Under the pieces are notes generated by a model. It made no database searches. It was not told the origin of the DNA and worked only from the letters and a program-made list of their open reading frames with translations. DNA of 64,000 bases from Candidatus Latescibacterota bacterium (GTDB lineage Bacteria; Latescibacterota; UBA2968; UBA8231): assembly GCA_965200315.1 (NCBI GenBank), contig OZ241362.1, forward strand, positions 2,528,001-2,592,000. Reading direction: 5' to 3'. Each line of letters opens with the position of its first letter. Position 1 is the first letter of the stretch. Both the position numbers and the translations under genes were made by a program. Below are positions 50,657 through 59,905 of this stretch, piece after piece.

Positions 50657-51054
50657 TTATTGCGTCGCGCCTGTTTGAGGGGATTCAAGCGTTGCGAGTA
50701 TTTCTTCGAGTGTACGGCGCTGTTGTTCGGTACGATCGATTGTCGCATGACCATCGAGGAACTGATGTCCGTAGTAACCAAACTGCGAGTGATTGCCGCC
50801 GACGATTTCGATCCATTGCGTACGTTCTGGAAGATTCTGCTTCGTCGATTCGATCATTTCCACCGTTGCAATACCGTCATTGCTGGCGAAGACCTTCTTT
50901 TTTTCTCGGCGACACCTCCTGCGCGGAATGAATCGTATAGCCAAAGTGTGAATGCAATACCGGCGGCGATCCAGACAATCCGAAAGATCCTCCAGATTCG
51001 CCGTCCAAGTCGCTTCAAAGGCTTAGCGGGAGTTTCAGATTCAGTACGATTCAT
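50657..51054 (-). pseudogene. alpha/beta hydrolase remnant with internal deletion and frameshift
   Basis: N-terminal TM part in one frame and ASNDG...IVGGNHSQFGYYGHQ in another; GxSxG region absent; junction at T7 run 50898-50904. Confidence 0.7.
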
Positions 51055-51115
51055 AGCAGCACCATGCAATGTTTTGTTGCTTAAGGGTAAAGCACGGAGG
51101 TATCGACGAAGACGC

Positions 51116-51367
51116 TCACCTGCGGTAGGCCTCCTGCAGGTGAGCGTCATGTTGCGCGGCTCCATCGCTGCCGCCGGAGCGGAATTGTCCAGCCACCGAG
51201 ATCGTGCGTTCGATGCGCTCGTCATCGGTCGCGGCTGTCTCCGCCGACCGCAGCAAGAGATCGACCCCTTGGCGAATCACCGTCGCCAGCGAAACCTGCC
51301 GCTCGGCAGCGATCCGTTTGACGCACCGCGCTTTTTCATCGGTCAACTGAATCTGTGTGCGAACCAT
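51116..51367 (-). CDS. CopG/ribbon-helix-helix antitoxin-like protein (no adjacent toxin)
   Basis: MVRTQIQLTD...VSLATVIRQGVD...GQFRSG..HDAHLQEAY. Confidence 0.8.
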   Translation of the reverse strand: MVRTQIQLTDEKARCVKRIAAERQVSLATVIRQGVDLLLRSAETAATDDERIERTISVAGQFRSGGSDGAAQHDAHLQEAYRR

Positions 51368-51380
51368 TCGGCTAGCTCCA

Positions 51381-51410
51381 TGTTATCATATCATGCCATA
51401 ATGATGACAA
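51381..51410. promoter_or_regulatory. probable RHH operator inverted repeat
   Basis: TGTTATCAT ... ATGATGACA just upstream of the RHH gene. Confidence 0.45.
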
Positions 51411-51436
51411 GTCGCTCGGCGAAATCAATCTGATGC

Positions 51437-51595
51437 TTAGTTAGCAAGTTGATCTAACTTTCCTGATTTCACATCTTTTTCAAACTGTTGATCCCAAACT
51501 TCGGCATCGAATTCGTCAAACCATTCCCTGAAACCGTCAAGTTCATCCGCCGAAAGTTGGGAAATGGCTGATTGAAGTTCTTGCACGACTTGCAT
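51437..51595 (-). pseudogene. small antitoxin-like gene with premature stop
   Basis: MQVVQELQSAISQLSADEL..FREWF.EFDAEVWDQQFEKDVKSGKLDQLAN*. Confidence 0.6.
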
Positions 51596-51691
51596 GACTA
51601 AATTCCCCTTTTCACTAAAATCTCTTCGACCTGAGGCTTTTCACCCGCCGTCTCTTCTTTGATCGTCCCACGGAGGTCCACTAGCAAACCA

Positions 51692-52375
51692 ATGAGCCAC
51701 TCCGTCCGACGCCATCTGCGCCTTGAAATCGAGGCGTACGACAAGACCATCCGCGCCTTCATTCCCGCGTACGGGGAAATGCTGGCGCGAGCCGCAAATG
51801 TCGTTGCCGAGACCAAGCCGAAAAAAGTAATCGACCTCGGCGCTGGCACGGGCGCGTTGGCACAAGCCGTATTGCAGCGGTGCGAGGAAGCGACGGTCGA
51901 GCTGATCGATGCCGACGCTGAGATGCTCGCTCAGGCCCGCGAACGGCTCGCGCCTTTTGCCTCCAGAGTGCAGTACACAGTGCGAGCGTTCCAAGGGCCG
52001 CTACCCGCCTGCGACTCAGCGGTCGCCTCCCTCGCATTGCACCACGTCCCCACCCTAGCCGAAAAACGGACGATCTTCAGCGCAATTCACGCTGCGTTGC
52101 GCCCGGGCGGAGTATTCGTCAATGCGGATGCGACCATGCCCGCCGCCCCATCTGCTCGCCGTGCCGAATACGAAACTTGGGCGGCCCACCTCGTCTCCTC
52201 CGGCATCGCCGAGGAACGCGCCTATAGCCATTTCGCAGAATGGGCCGACGAAGATACCTACTTTCCAGTGGAAGACGAACTCGCCGCGCTGACCGACGCC
52301 GGTTTTGCCGCTACCTGCCTATGGCGCGTCTCACCGGTCACAGTCGTAAAAGCAGTCAAAGACGCTGCCTCTTAG
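51692..52375 (+). CDS. class I SAM-dependent methyltransferase
   Basis: VIDLGAGTG, SLALHH, LRPGGVFVNAD. Confidence 0.9.
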   Translation: MSHSVRRHLRLEIEAYDKTIRAFIPAYGEMLARAANVVAETKPKKVIDLGAGTGALAQAVLQRCEEATVELIDADAEMLAQARERLAPFASRVQYTVRAFQGPLPACDSAVASLALHHVPTLAEKRTIFSAIHAALRPGGVFVNADATMPAAPSARRAEYETWAAHLVSSGIAEERAYSHFAEWADEDTYFPVEDELAALTDAGFAATCLWRVSPVTVVKAVKDAAS

Positions 52376-52503
52376 TGAGTGGTGAGTGGCGAGTTGCGTT
52401 TTGCAGCTAGGCCGCATCTTTTTTGCACTCGGCAAAGCAACTTGGCTCCGGCCCATTGCGCCATTATTTTTTAGGTCCCCATTCACCACAGCCCCGAGAT
52501 TTT

Positions 52504-54276
52504 ATGACAGCTATAATCCTCGCCGTTCTCCTCCTCTTCGCCTTACCCGTTCAAGCCAAAACCCGGATCGAAGCGGCATACAACGCCGGCGAACTCGACT
52601 TGGAGACGGCCCTGATCTACCAAGTCCTCAGCGTACGTGCGCCCGACCAACTGCCGGCCATCTACCGAGAGTCCGGCGGGCTAGCGGTTTGCGGGACCCC
52701 ACAGCTAGTCCAAGCCATGAGCGCGGCTCCCAACCTGAGCGCCGAGTTCCAAACGCGCTTGGGCAAGCTAGCGAAAGACCGGCCGGATGCCCAGCACAAT
52801 CTCCTCTCGCCATCGGGACGCTTTCGCGTCCACTACGATACCGAAGGATTCAACGCGGTCGCGCCTAAGGATGCTGATGCCAACGGCATCCCAGACTACA
52901 TTGACCTCACTCTCGCCATCCTCGACAGCACTTGGGTGCTCGAAATCGAGCAACTCGGCTACAATCCGCCCCCTTCGGACAACGGCTTGGGCGGTGGCGA
53001 CGAATACGACGTTTATATTGTCGAGCTAGGAGTCGGCAGGAGTTTTTACGGATTCGCCTATCCTGGGACGTCCGGCGAGGCCACCTACAGCCATCTCGAA
53101 ATTGACAACGACTTCACCAACCCGGGCTACAAGCAGACGCGCGGATTGGACGCCCTGCGCGTGACCATCGCCCACGAGTTCCACCATGCCCTTCAGTTTG
53201 GCTACTACGCAAAATTCGACGGCAGTTGGTGGCAGGAATCAACCTCGACGTGGATGGAGGAAGTCGCCTATCCGCACATCGACGATTATCTCCAGTATTT
53301 GACCTACTTCCTCCGCGAACCCCAACGCGCCTTCAACTCCGGCCCTTATCAAAGCCTCCACACCTACGGCTCCGCGATTTTTTCTTTTTTTCTCGATCAG
53401 CGCTATGGCCGCGAACTCAACCGCTTGATCTGGGAAGAACTGGGCCAGCGCAAAAGCGTCCATCTCGATCACTTCGACCGCGTCATCCGCCAAGTCGAGC
53501 CGGGGGGCTTGGGCGTCACTGTGGGCGAATTTGCCGTGTGGAACTATTTCACCAACAACCGCTACCGCGGCTCCTACTATGCCGAAGCAGACAAATACCC
53601 GACCGTCCCCACCCGCGACATCGCCATCGCCGCCGAAACCGTCGCCCGCGACACCAGCCTAGTCGATGCCACCGGCAGCGTCTATCTGCGCCTTGAACCA
53701 CAGCTACGCCGAGGGGGAGTCGATCTGTTCTTCGACGCCAACCAAGGGGCGTGGCGTCGCCACTTGCTCTTAGTCGGTCCAGACAGCATCTCCGTGCAGC
53801 TCGTCTCCGAGCCGACGGTCCGCATCAGGGGCTGGGACCAGTTCGACGAAATCGTCCTCGTCGCCACCTCGGCCGAGCGCACCGGCTTGGCCTACCAGCA
53901 CCTGTTTACCGCGCAGTTCGATTCCAGCCTGACCGACGCGCCAGCCGCTTTAGCCACCAATTTCCCCAACCCGTTCCACCCAGCCGCTTTGGCCGCCAAC
54001 TACCCCAACCCCTTCCGCCCCGGCCAACACTCGCATACCCGGTTGGCGTTCGCGTTAGCCGTCCCCAGCCGAGCAACGCGCCTCGCGCTCTTTACCGCCA
54101 ACGGCATGCTCGTCTGGGAGCGAGACTTAGGCCCGCTCCGGGCGAGCGCAAACCACGCCGTGCTGTGGGATGGCCGCAACCTCGAGGGTAATCCTGTAGC
54201 CAGCGGCATCTATCACCTGCTCCTTGAAGCCGACAGCACCGCCGCCAAGCGCACAATAGCGGTGGTGCGCGATTGA
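52504..54276 (+). CDS. secreted zinc metalloprotease (MXAN_6640-like) with FlgD-like C-terminus
   Basis: Signal peptide; CGTP; TIAHEFHHALQFGY; WWQESTSTWME; NYPNPF. Confidence 0.85.
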   Translation: MTAIILAVLLLFALPVQAKTRIEAAYNAGELDLETALIYQVLSVRAPDQLPAIYRESGGLAVCGTPQLVQAMSAAPNLSAEFQTRLGKLAKDRPDAQHNLLSPSGRFRVHYDTEGFNAVAPKDADANGIPDYIDLTLAILDSTWVLEIEQLGYNPPPSDNGLGGGDEYDVYIVELGVGRSFYGFAYPGTSGEATYSHLEIDNDFTNPGYKQTRGLDALRVTIAHEFHHALQFGYYAKFDGSWWQESTSTWMEEVAYPHIDDYLQYLTYFLREPQRAFNSGPYQSLHTYGSAIFSFFLDQRYGRELNRLIWEELGQRKSVHLDHFDRVIRQVEPGGLGVTVGEFAVWNYFTNNRYRGSYYAEADKYPTVPTRDIAIAAETVARDTSLVDATGSVYLRLEPQLRRGGVDLFFDANQGAWRRHLLLVGPDSISVQLVSEPTVRIRGWDQFDEIVLVATSAERTGLAYQHLFTAQFDSSLTDAPAALATNFPNPFHPAALAANYPNPFRPGQHSHTRLAFALAVPSRATRLALFTANGMLVWERDLGPLRASANHAVLWDGRNLEGNPVASGIYHLLLEADSTAAKRTIAVVRD

Positions 54277-54316
54277 AGGGCGCAAACGACTCAGTACCCC
54301 CCGGCTAGGACATTTT

Positions 54317-55963
54317 ATGATTCTGGCGCTGATTATCGGAATACTGCTATCTACGGCACACGACAATCACGCAGAAACACCTACACAGCACACCCCGGCC
54401 GCCCTGCGCTGCGGCACCCCCTACGTGCTCCAAGCCCTCGACGCGGCCTCCGCACTCGGCCCCGAACATCTGCGGCTCAAACTCGTGCAAGACCGCCGGA
54501 TCGCTCAGCATATCCTGCTAACGCCTTCCGGCCATTTCCGCGTCCACTACGATACCGAGGGACGTCACGCAGTTCCGCCTACGGACGACGACGGCAACGA
54601 CATCCCGGACTACATCGACCTAGCCGCCACGGTCCTCGATAGCACTTGGATTTTGGAAGTCGAGCAACTTGGCTACAAGCCGCCCCCTTCGGATAACGGC
54701 TTGGGCGGAGGAGACGAATACGATATTTATATCGTCGAATTAAGCGGTAGCTACTATGGGTTCACCCATCCCGATGCAATCGCCGCGACCACCTCTAGCT
54801 ACATCAGAATCGACAACAACTTTACCGACCTTCGTTACAGGAAAACCCGCGGACTGGACGCCCTGCGCGTGACCATCGCCCACGAGTTCCACCACGCCAT
54901 CCAATTTGGCTACTACGCATACGGGGCCGGTAACTGGTGGCAGGAATCAACTTCGACGTGGATGGAGGAAGTAGCCTATCCGCATATCAACGACTATCTC
55001 CAGTACTTAATCCACTTCCTCGGCGAACCTCAACGCGCCCTCAACTCCGGCCTTCCCGGCAAGAATCACACCTACGGCTCTGCGATCTTCTCGCTCTTCC
55101 TCGATCAGCGCTACGGCCGCGAACTCAACCGCCTGATCTGGGAAGAAATAGGCCAGCGCAAAAGCGTCCATCTCGATCATTTCGACCACGTCATCCGCCA
55201 AGTCGAGCCGGGCGGACTAGGCGTTGCTATGGGCGAATTTGCCGTGTGGAACTATTTCACTAACAACCGCTACCGCGGCTCCTACTATGCCGAAGGGAAC
55301 TTATATCCCACCGTCCCCACCCGCGACATCGCCGTCGCCGCCGAAGCAGTCGCCCGCGACACCAGCCGAGTCGATGCCACCGGCAGCGTCTATCTGCGCC
55401 TAGAGCCGCAACTGCGGGCGGGCGGAGTCGATCTGTTCTTTGACGCCAACCAAGGGGCATGGCGTCGCCACTTGCTCTTAGTCGGGCCCGACACCACCTC
55501 TTCGCAACTCGTTTCCGAACCGACGGTCCGCATCACGGGTTGGGACCAGTTCGACGAAATCGTCCTCGTCGCTACCGCGGCCGAGCGCACCGGCTTGGCC
55601 TACCAACACTTCTTTACCGCGCAATTCGATCCCAGTCTGACCGACCCCGACCAACCCGCCGCCCTCGCCACCCTGCTCAAGCCCAACTACCCCAACCCCT
55701 TCCGCCCCAGCCACCATCCACACACTCGGCTGGCGTTTGACCTAGCCTTCCCCAGCAGCAAAACGCGCCTCGCGCTCTTTACCGCCAACGGCGCACTCGT
55801 CTGGGAGCAAGACTTAGGGGAGCGTGCGGCGCGCGAAGACCACGCCGTGCTGTGGGACGGCCGCAATGCCGCTGGCAACCTCGTCGCCAGCGGCATCTAT
55901 CACCTGCTCCTCAAAGCCGACGGCACCGCGGCCAAGCGCACAATAGCAGTCGTGCGCGATTGA
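54317..55963 (+). CDS. secreted zinc metalloprotease, tandem paralog
   Basis: TIAHEFHHAIQFGY; high identity to upstream gene. Confidence 0.85.
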   Translation: MILALIIGILLSTAHDNHAETPTQHTPAALRCGTPYVLQALDAASALGPEHLRLKLVQDRRIAQHILLTPSGHFRVHYDTEGRHAVPPTDDDGNDIPDYIDLAATVLDSTWILEVEQLGYKPPPSDNGLGGGDEYDIYIVELSGSYYGFTHPDAIAATTSSYIRIDNNFTDLRYRKTRGLDALRVTIAHEFHHAIQFGYYAYGAGNWWQESTSTWMEEVAYPHINDYLQYLIHFLGEPQRALNSGLPGKNHTYGSAIFSLFLDQRYGRELNRLIWEEIGQRKSVHLDHFDHVIRQVEPGGLGVAMGEFAVWNYFTNNRYRGSYYAEGNLYPTVPTRDIAVAAEAVARDTSRVDATGSVYLRLEPQLRAGGVDLFFDANQGAWRRHLLLVGPDTTSSQLVSEPTVRITGWDQFDEIVLVATAAERTGLAYQHFFTAQFDPSLTDPDQPAALATLLKPNYPNPFRPSHHPHTRLAFDLAFPSSKTRLALFTANGALVWEQDLGERAAREDHAVLWDGRNAAGNLVASGIYHLLLKADGTAAKRTIAVVRD

Positions 55964-55986
55964 GAAGCCGTCTGCAAGTTCCAGCG

Positions 55987-56037
55987 TTGACAATCACATT
56001 GTGATGACGTATGGTAACGGCCCAATTATACGTCATC
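55987..56037 (+). promoter_or_regulatory. sigma70 promoter with overlapping operator of TA operon
   Basis: TTGACA-N17-TATGGT; inverted repeat GATGACGTAT (56003) / ATACGTCATC (56028). Confidence 0.75.
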
Positions 56038-56051
56038 TGTGGAGGCAACTG

Positions 56052-56288
56052 ATGCAAACCAAGCTCACGCTGCGCCTAGAGGAGCAATTGATCGAACGCG
56101 CTAAGGCTCATGCCAAAAAGCGGGGCAAGTCCGTATCGCAGATGGTGGCTGACTATTTCGCGCTGCTGGACCGGGACGATCCGCCAGAGACACTAGCACC
56201 GCTCACTCGTTCCTTATATGGCACCTTACGGGGCACTGCGGTCAATGAGGGTACATACCGCGAATATCTCGAGGAAAAATACTTGTGA
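56052..56288 (+). CDS. DUF6364-like RHH antitoxin
   Basis: MQTKLTLRLEEQLIERAK...GKSVSQMVADYF...YREYLEEKY; GGAGG RBS. Confidence 0.85.
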   Translation: MQTKLTLRLEEQLIERAKAHAKKRGKSVSQMVADYFALLDRDDPPETLAPLTRSLYGTLRGTAVNEGTYREYLEEKYL

Positions 56289-56806
56289 AAGTGATGGTCG
56301 ATACCAACGTCGTACTCGACTTGCTGCTAGACCGAACTCCACATGCAGTGAACGCAGCGCAGATTTTCTCTTTGATAGAGCGCAATGTCATAACCGGCTG
56401 TCTCGGCGCTACCACTTTGACCACTGTGCGTTACTTGGCCACAAAAGCTGTCGGAGAGCAAAAAGCACGGCGGGAAATTCGCAAATTACTTCGTCTTTTT
56501 GAAGTAACCCCGGTCAACCGGGCGGTGCTAGAAGCGGCACTGGCGGCGGAAGGCTTCCGCGACTTTGAAGATGCTGTTCTCCACGAGGCAGCACACCAAG
56601 CCGACGCCGATGCCTTGGTGACGCGCAACGGAAGCGATTTCAAAGCGGTATTATTGGCGGTTTACGAACCGCGCGAATTGCTCAATATCGTCCAAGCCCA
56701 CCATACTCACCGCACCAAAGAAGTCCGGTTGGGACGCTGCCTGATCGACAGCATTGACGATGGCTCTCAAGCACTGTCCACAGCAGAGGAAGAAGACGCT
56801 CAGTGA
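56285..56806 (+). CDS. PIN-domain (VapC-like) toxin with foreign C-terminal extension
   Basis: VMVDTNVVLD, DFEDA, LVTRN..DF; GTGA overlap with antitoxin. Confidence 0.85.
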   Translation: MKVMVDTNVVLDLLLDRTPHAVNAAQIFSLIERNVITGCLGATTLTTVRYLATKAVGEQKARREIRKLLRLFEVTPVNRAVLEAALAAEGFRDFEDAVLHEAAHQADADALVTRNGSDFKAVLLAVYEPRELLNIVQAHHTHRTKEVRLGRCLIDSIDDGSQALSTAEEEDAQ

Positions 56807-56844
56807 GGCTGATCGATACTAACCTCTTGGTAGAGGTCTAAGTC

Positions 56845-58776
56845 TTGCCGGCACCTCTGCGCCGCGTCTCACTCCGCGCCATTGCCATCGGGGCCATCGG
56901 CTGCCTCGCCATCGCCGTGGGCGAGCCTTTTGGCGTCATGGTGATGCGCAGTTCGCCCATGGCCGCCGACTACTCGACCGGCGCGGCCCTGTTCTTGTTT
57001 TTTCTTTTCACCTTACTCATCAATCCGCTCGCCAAATTACTCACCGGCACCAGCCTGCACACCGGCGAGTTGGCCACCGTGTACATAATGATGGTCGTGG
57101 GGGCCGCCATTCCCTCTTGGGGCCTAACCATGAATCTGATCCCGCTCCTCGGCGGGTTCTTTTATTACGCCACCCCGGAAAACGACTGGGTCAATACCAT
57201 CCAGCCCTACATATCCCATCTCCTCGTGCCGGAAGACAGTGCAGCCATCCAAAAGCTGTTTGAAGGTAATGCCCAAGGCGAACGCATCCCCTGGGGGGTT
57301 TGGGCGACGCCGCTGATGGCGTGGAGCCTGTTTGCAGTCAACATGTACTTCACCACGCTGTGCGTGCTCGTCGTGCTGCGCAAGCAGTGGGTCGAGCGCG
57401 AGCGGCTCAACTTCCCGCTGGCCACCCTGCCCATAGAAATGAGTGCCCGCGCCAAGGACCAAGCCTTTGCGCCTTTTTACCGCAATTACCTGACTTGGAT
57501 TGGCTTTGCCATTCCCGCGCTCATCAGCTCGGTCAACGCCCTGCACCGCTATTTTAACTTCATCCCCTCGATTGACCTCAACCTCTGGGTGCCCTTTTTG
57601 CGCCACTCTATCGGGGTCAACTTTCGCCCTCACTTCGAGGTCATCGGCCTCTCCTACTTGCTCAATCTCGACATCTCCATGGGCGTGTGGTTCTTCGCCC
57701 TGCTCAATATGCTGACCATCGGCTTGTTCCGCCTGACGGGGTGGAACATCGGCCCGGAGCAGCCCTATTCTTCGCCCTCTCCGCCCAGCCTCGCCCACAT
57801 CGCCCTCGGCGCGTTGTTCTTCTTAGTGCTGTCCAGCTTGTGGAGCGGGCGTCAGCACTTGCGCCAAGTCTGGCGCAAGGCCCTGCGCGGCGACGATGCC
57901 ATCGACGACAGCGGGGAATTGCTTCCGTACCGGGTCGCGGTCTTTGGCTTTATCGCGAGCTTTTCCCTCGGCGTGTTCGCGCTCTACGCCGCCAATATGA
58001 ACCTGCCGACCGCCTTTGTCTTTCAGTTGTCGGCCCTCGTGATCTTCGTCGGTTTGGCGCGCATCATCTCGCAGGCCGGGCTGGCCTATTGCCGCGCACC
58101 AGTGGCCCCGGCCGTGTTTACAGTCAACACCCTCGGATCGTCGTCGGTGGGTGCTCCGGGCCTGACGGCACTGGCGCTCAACTTCCCGTGGTCTGCCGAC
58201 ATCCGCACCTTCGTCATGGCCTCGGCCGCTACGGGCCTCAAGCTGGCTGAAGGGACGCGCCTCGAATACCGCCGCGTGTTCTGGGCCATTGCCGTGGCCA
58301 TTGTCGTCACCCTCGCCGGCTCAATCACCGCGATCATCCACCTCGCGTACACCTATGGCGGCATCAACCTGAGCGGTTGGCAATTTGGCTATATGACGAC
58401 CTATACCGGCAACTGGATTACCAACAACATCAACAACATGCAGCCCACTCATGTTTGGCATTTGTCCTTTGCCGGCCTCGGCGCATTCTTGATGGGCCTG
58501 TTGACCTTTATCAAAAACCGCTTCGTCGGCTTTCCCATTCACCCCATCGGCTTGGCCATCGGGCTGCCGCATCCGGTGCAGCTAATCTGGCCGTCGGTCT
58601 TTTTCGCTTGGCTGCTCAAGGCACTCATTCTCAAATACGGCGGCCCCCGGCTCTACACGCGCTTGCGTCCGTTCTTTTTGGGGCTAGTGTTAGGCGCGTT
58701 TGGCTCAGCCGGGTTGTGGCTTCTCATCGACATCTGCACCGGCATGACGGGCAACCGGCTGATTAACATCGGCTAA
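56845..58776 (+). CDS. DUF6785/DUF6784 multi-pass membrane protein (putative transporter)
   Basis: LRKQWVERERLNFPL, FPIHPIG, LILKYGGPRLYTRLRPFFLG; many TM helices. Confidence 0.8.
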   Translation: MPAPLRRVSLRAIAIGAIGCLAIAVGEPFGVMVMRSSPMAADYSTGAALFLFFLFTLLINPLAKLLTGTSLHTGELATVYIMMVVGAAIPSWGLTMNLIPLLGGFFYYATPENDWVNTIQPYISHLLVPEDSAAIQKLFEGNAQGERIPWGVWATPLMAWSLFAVNMYFTTLCVLVVLRKQWVERERLNFPLATLPIEMSARAKDQAFAPFYRNYLTWIGFAIPALISSVNALHRYFNFIPSIDLNLWVPFLRHSIGVNFRPHFEVIGLSYLLNLDISMGVWFFALLNMLTIGLFRLTGWNIGPEQPYSSPSPPSLAHIALGALFFLVLSSLWSGRQHLRQVWRKALRGDDAIDDSGELLPYRVAVFGFIASFSLGVFALYAANMNLPTAFVFQLSALVIFVGLARIISQAGLAYCRAPVAPAVFTVNTLGSSSVGAPGLTALALNFPWSADIRTFVMASAATGLKLAEGTRLEYRRVFWAIAVAIVVTLAGSITAIIHLAYTYGGINLSGWQFGYMTTYTGNWITNNINNMQPTHVWHLSFAGLGAFLMGLLTFIKNRFVGFPIHPIGLAIGLPHPVQLIWPSVFFAWLLKALILKYGGPRLYTRLRPFFLGLVLGAFGSAGLWLLIDICTGMTGNRLINIG

Positions 58777-59801
58777 CCGTGGTCGATGCCGAGCTTGATC
58801 GAACGCTCGGGATGCTGATTGATCTCCATATACGCATCAGCGGACGCGGCAAACGGCACGATCGGGTCAATGAGGTCGTCGGCTTGCAAACGCCCTTCGA
58901 CCAACAGGGCCAGCGACTCCTCGCGGATGCGGGCAAAATCCCAACCGGCCTGCGGCAACGGCTCGCTATTGGCCCGGCTGGAAATGACCTGAATGCGGTT
59001 GCGGTGCCACTCGCCGGCCAAGCGCAAACCCTGCTCTCCGTGGTAATACGCGGTCGAGACCAAGGTGCCAGCATAGCAGGTCGCGCGCATGGCGTCTTCA
59101 AATGCTCGGTAGGAACCACTCGTTTCAAAGGCGATGTCCGCGCCGATTTTTTCGGTGTGCTGCTTGATCTCCAAGCCAGCGTCCATGGCCACCGGGTCCA
59201 GCGCCAGGTCGGCGTTGTGGCGCAGGGCCGCGGCGCGGCGGCACTCGATGGGATCGACTACCGCCACCCAGCGCGCACCGCACACACGCGCGGCCTGCGC
59301 GACCATCAGCCCAATGGCACCGAGTCCAAAGACGGCGACCCGATCTCCCAAGCGCACCGCACCATCGCGCACCGCGCCCACGGCAAAGTCGGCTGGGTCC
59401 CAATACATAATGGCTTGCGGCGAGATTCCGTCCGGGGCCTTTTGCACGCGCACCGCCGCAACGGTGTGCGTCTCGCGGATGGGCAAATGCGCGAAAACCC
59501 GGTCGCCCTCGCGCAGCGTTGTCACCTCGGCACCCACTTGGACAACCTCAGCCAAGCACATGTTGCCGAGGCGGCGGGGGAAGCCACTGGACGCGGATTC
59601 GCCGCGGCGGTGCAGGCGCAGCTCGCCGTCCCAGCGGTCGGAGGCGTCGGGCGTGTCGGCGCGGAAACCGCGCAACTCAGTGCCGTGCTTGACCGAGCTG
59701 AAGAGGCTTTGGACGCGGATTTCATCCGAGGCTAAGGGCGGTTCTTGATACGAACTGAGGACCGCATGGCCGGGGCGGTCGGCGATTAGTTCGCGAGGCA
59801 T
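58773..59801 (-). CDS. zinc-binding-family (MDR) dehydrogenase
   Basis: SSVKHGTEL, VAVFGLGAIGL. Confidence 0.85.
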   Translation of the reverse strand: MPRELIADRPGHAVLSSYQEPPLASDEIRVQSLFSSVKHGTELRGFRADTPDASDRWDGELRLHRRGESASSGFPRRLGNMCLAEVVQVGAEVTTLREGDRVFAHLPIRETHTVAAVRVQKAPDGISPQAIMYWDPADFAVGAVRDGAVRLGDRVAVFGLGAIGLMVAQAARVCGARWVAVVDPIECRRAAALRHNADLALDPVAMDAGLEIKQHTEKIGADIAFETSGSYRAFEDAMRATCYAGTLVSTAYYHGEQGLRLAGEWHRNRIQVISSRANSEPLPQAGWDFARIREESLALLVEGRLQADDLIDPIVPFAASADAYMEINQHPERSIKLGIDHG

Positions 59802-59905
59802 GAGGGAAACTCCTATGAGAGAGGTTAAGTCGCATTGACGTGAACGGGCGTTTGCAACCCGCCCCTGCAAATGCGTATTTGTCAAAACACAACCTGAGTA
59901 TAGCA

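Noticed and set aside
50499-50660. Integron attC site (CCCTAAC overlapping a stop codon)
   Set aside because: No complementary GTTAGGG-type end found and no integrase in the window.
50898-50904. Phase-variable homopolymer
   Set aside because: Restoring the frame would still give a hydrolase without its catalytic serine region.
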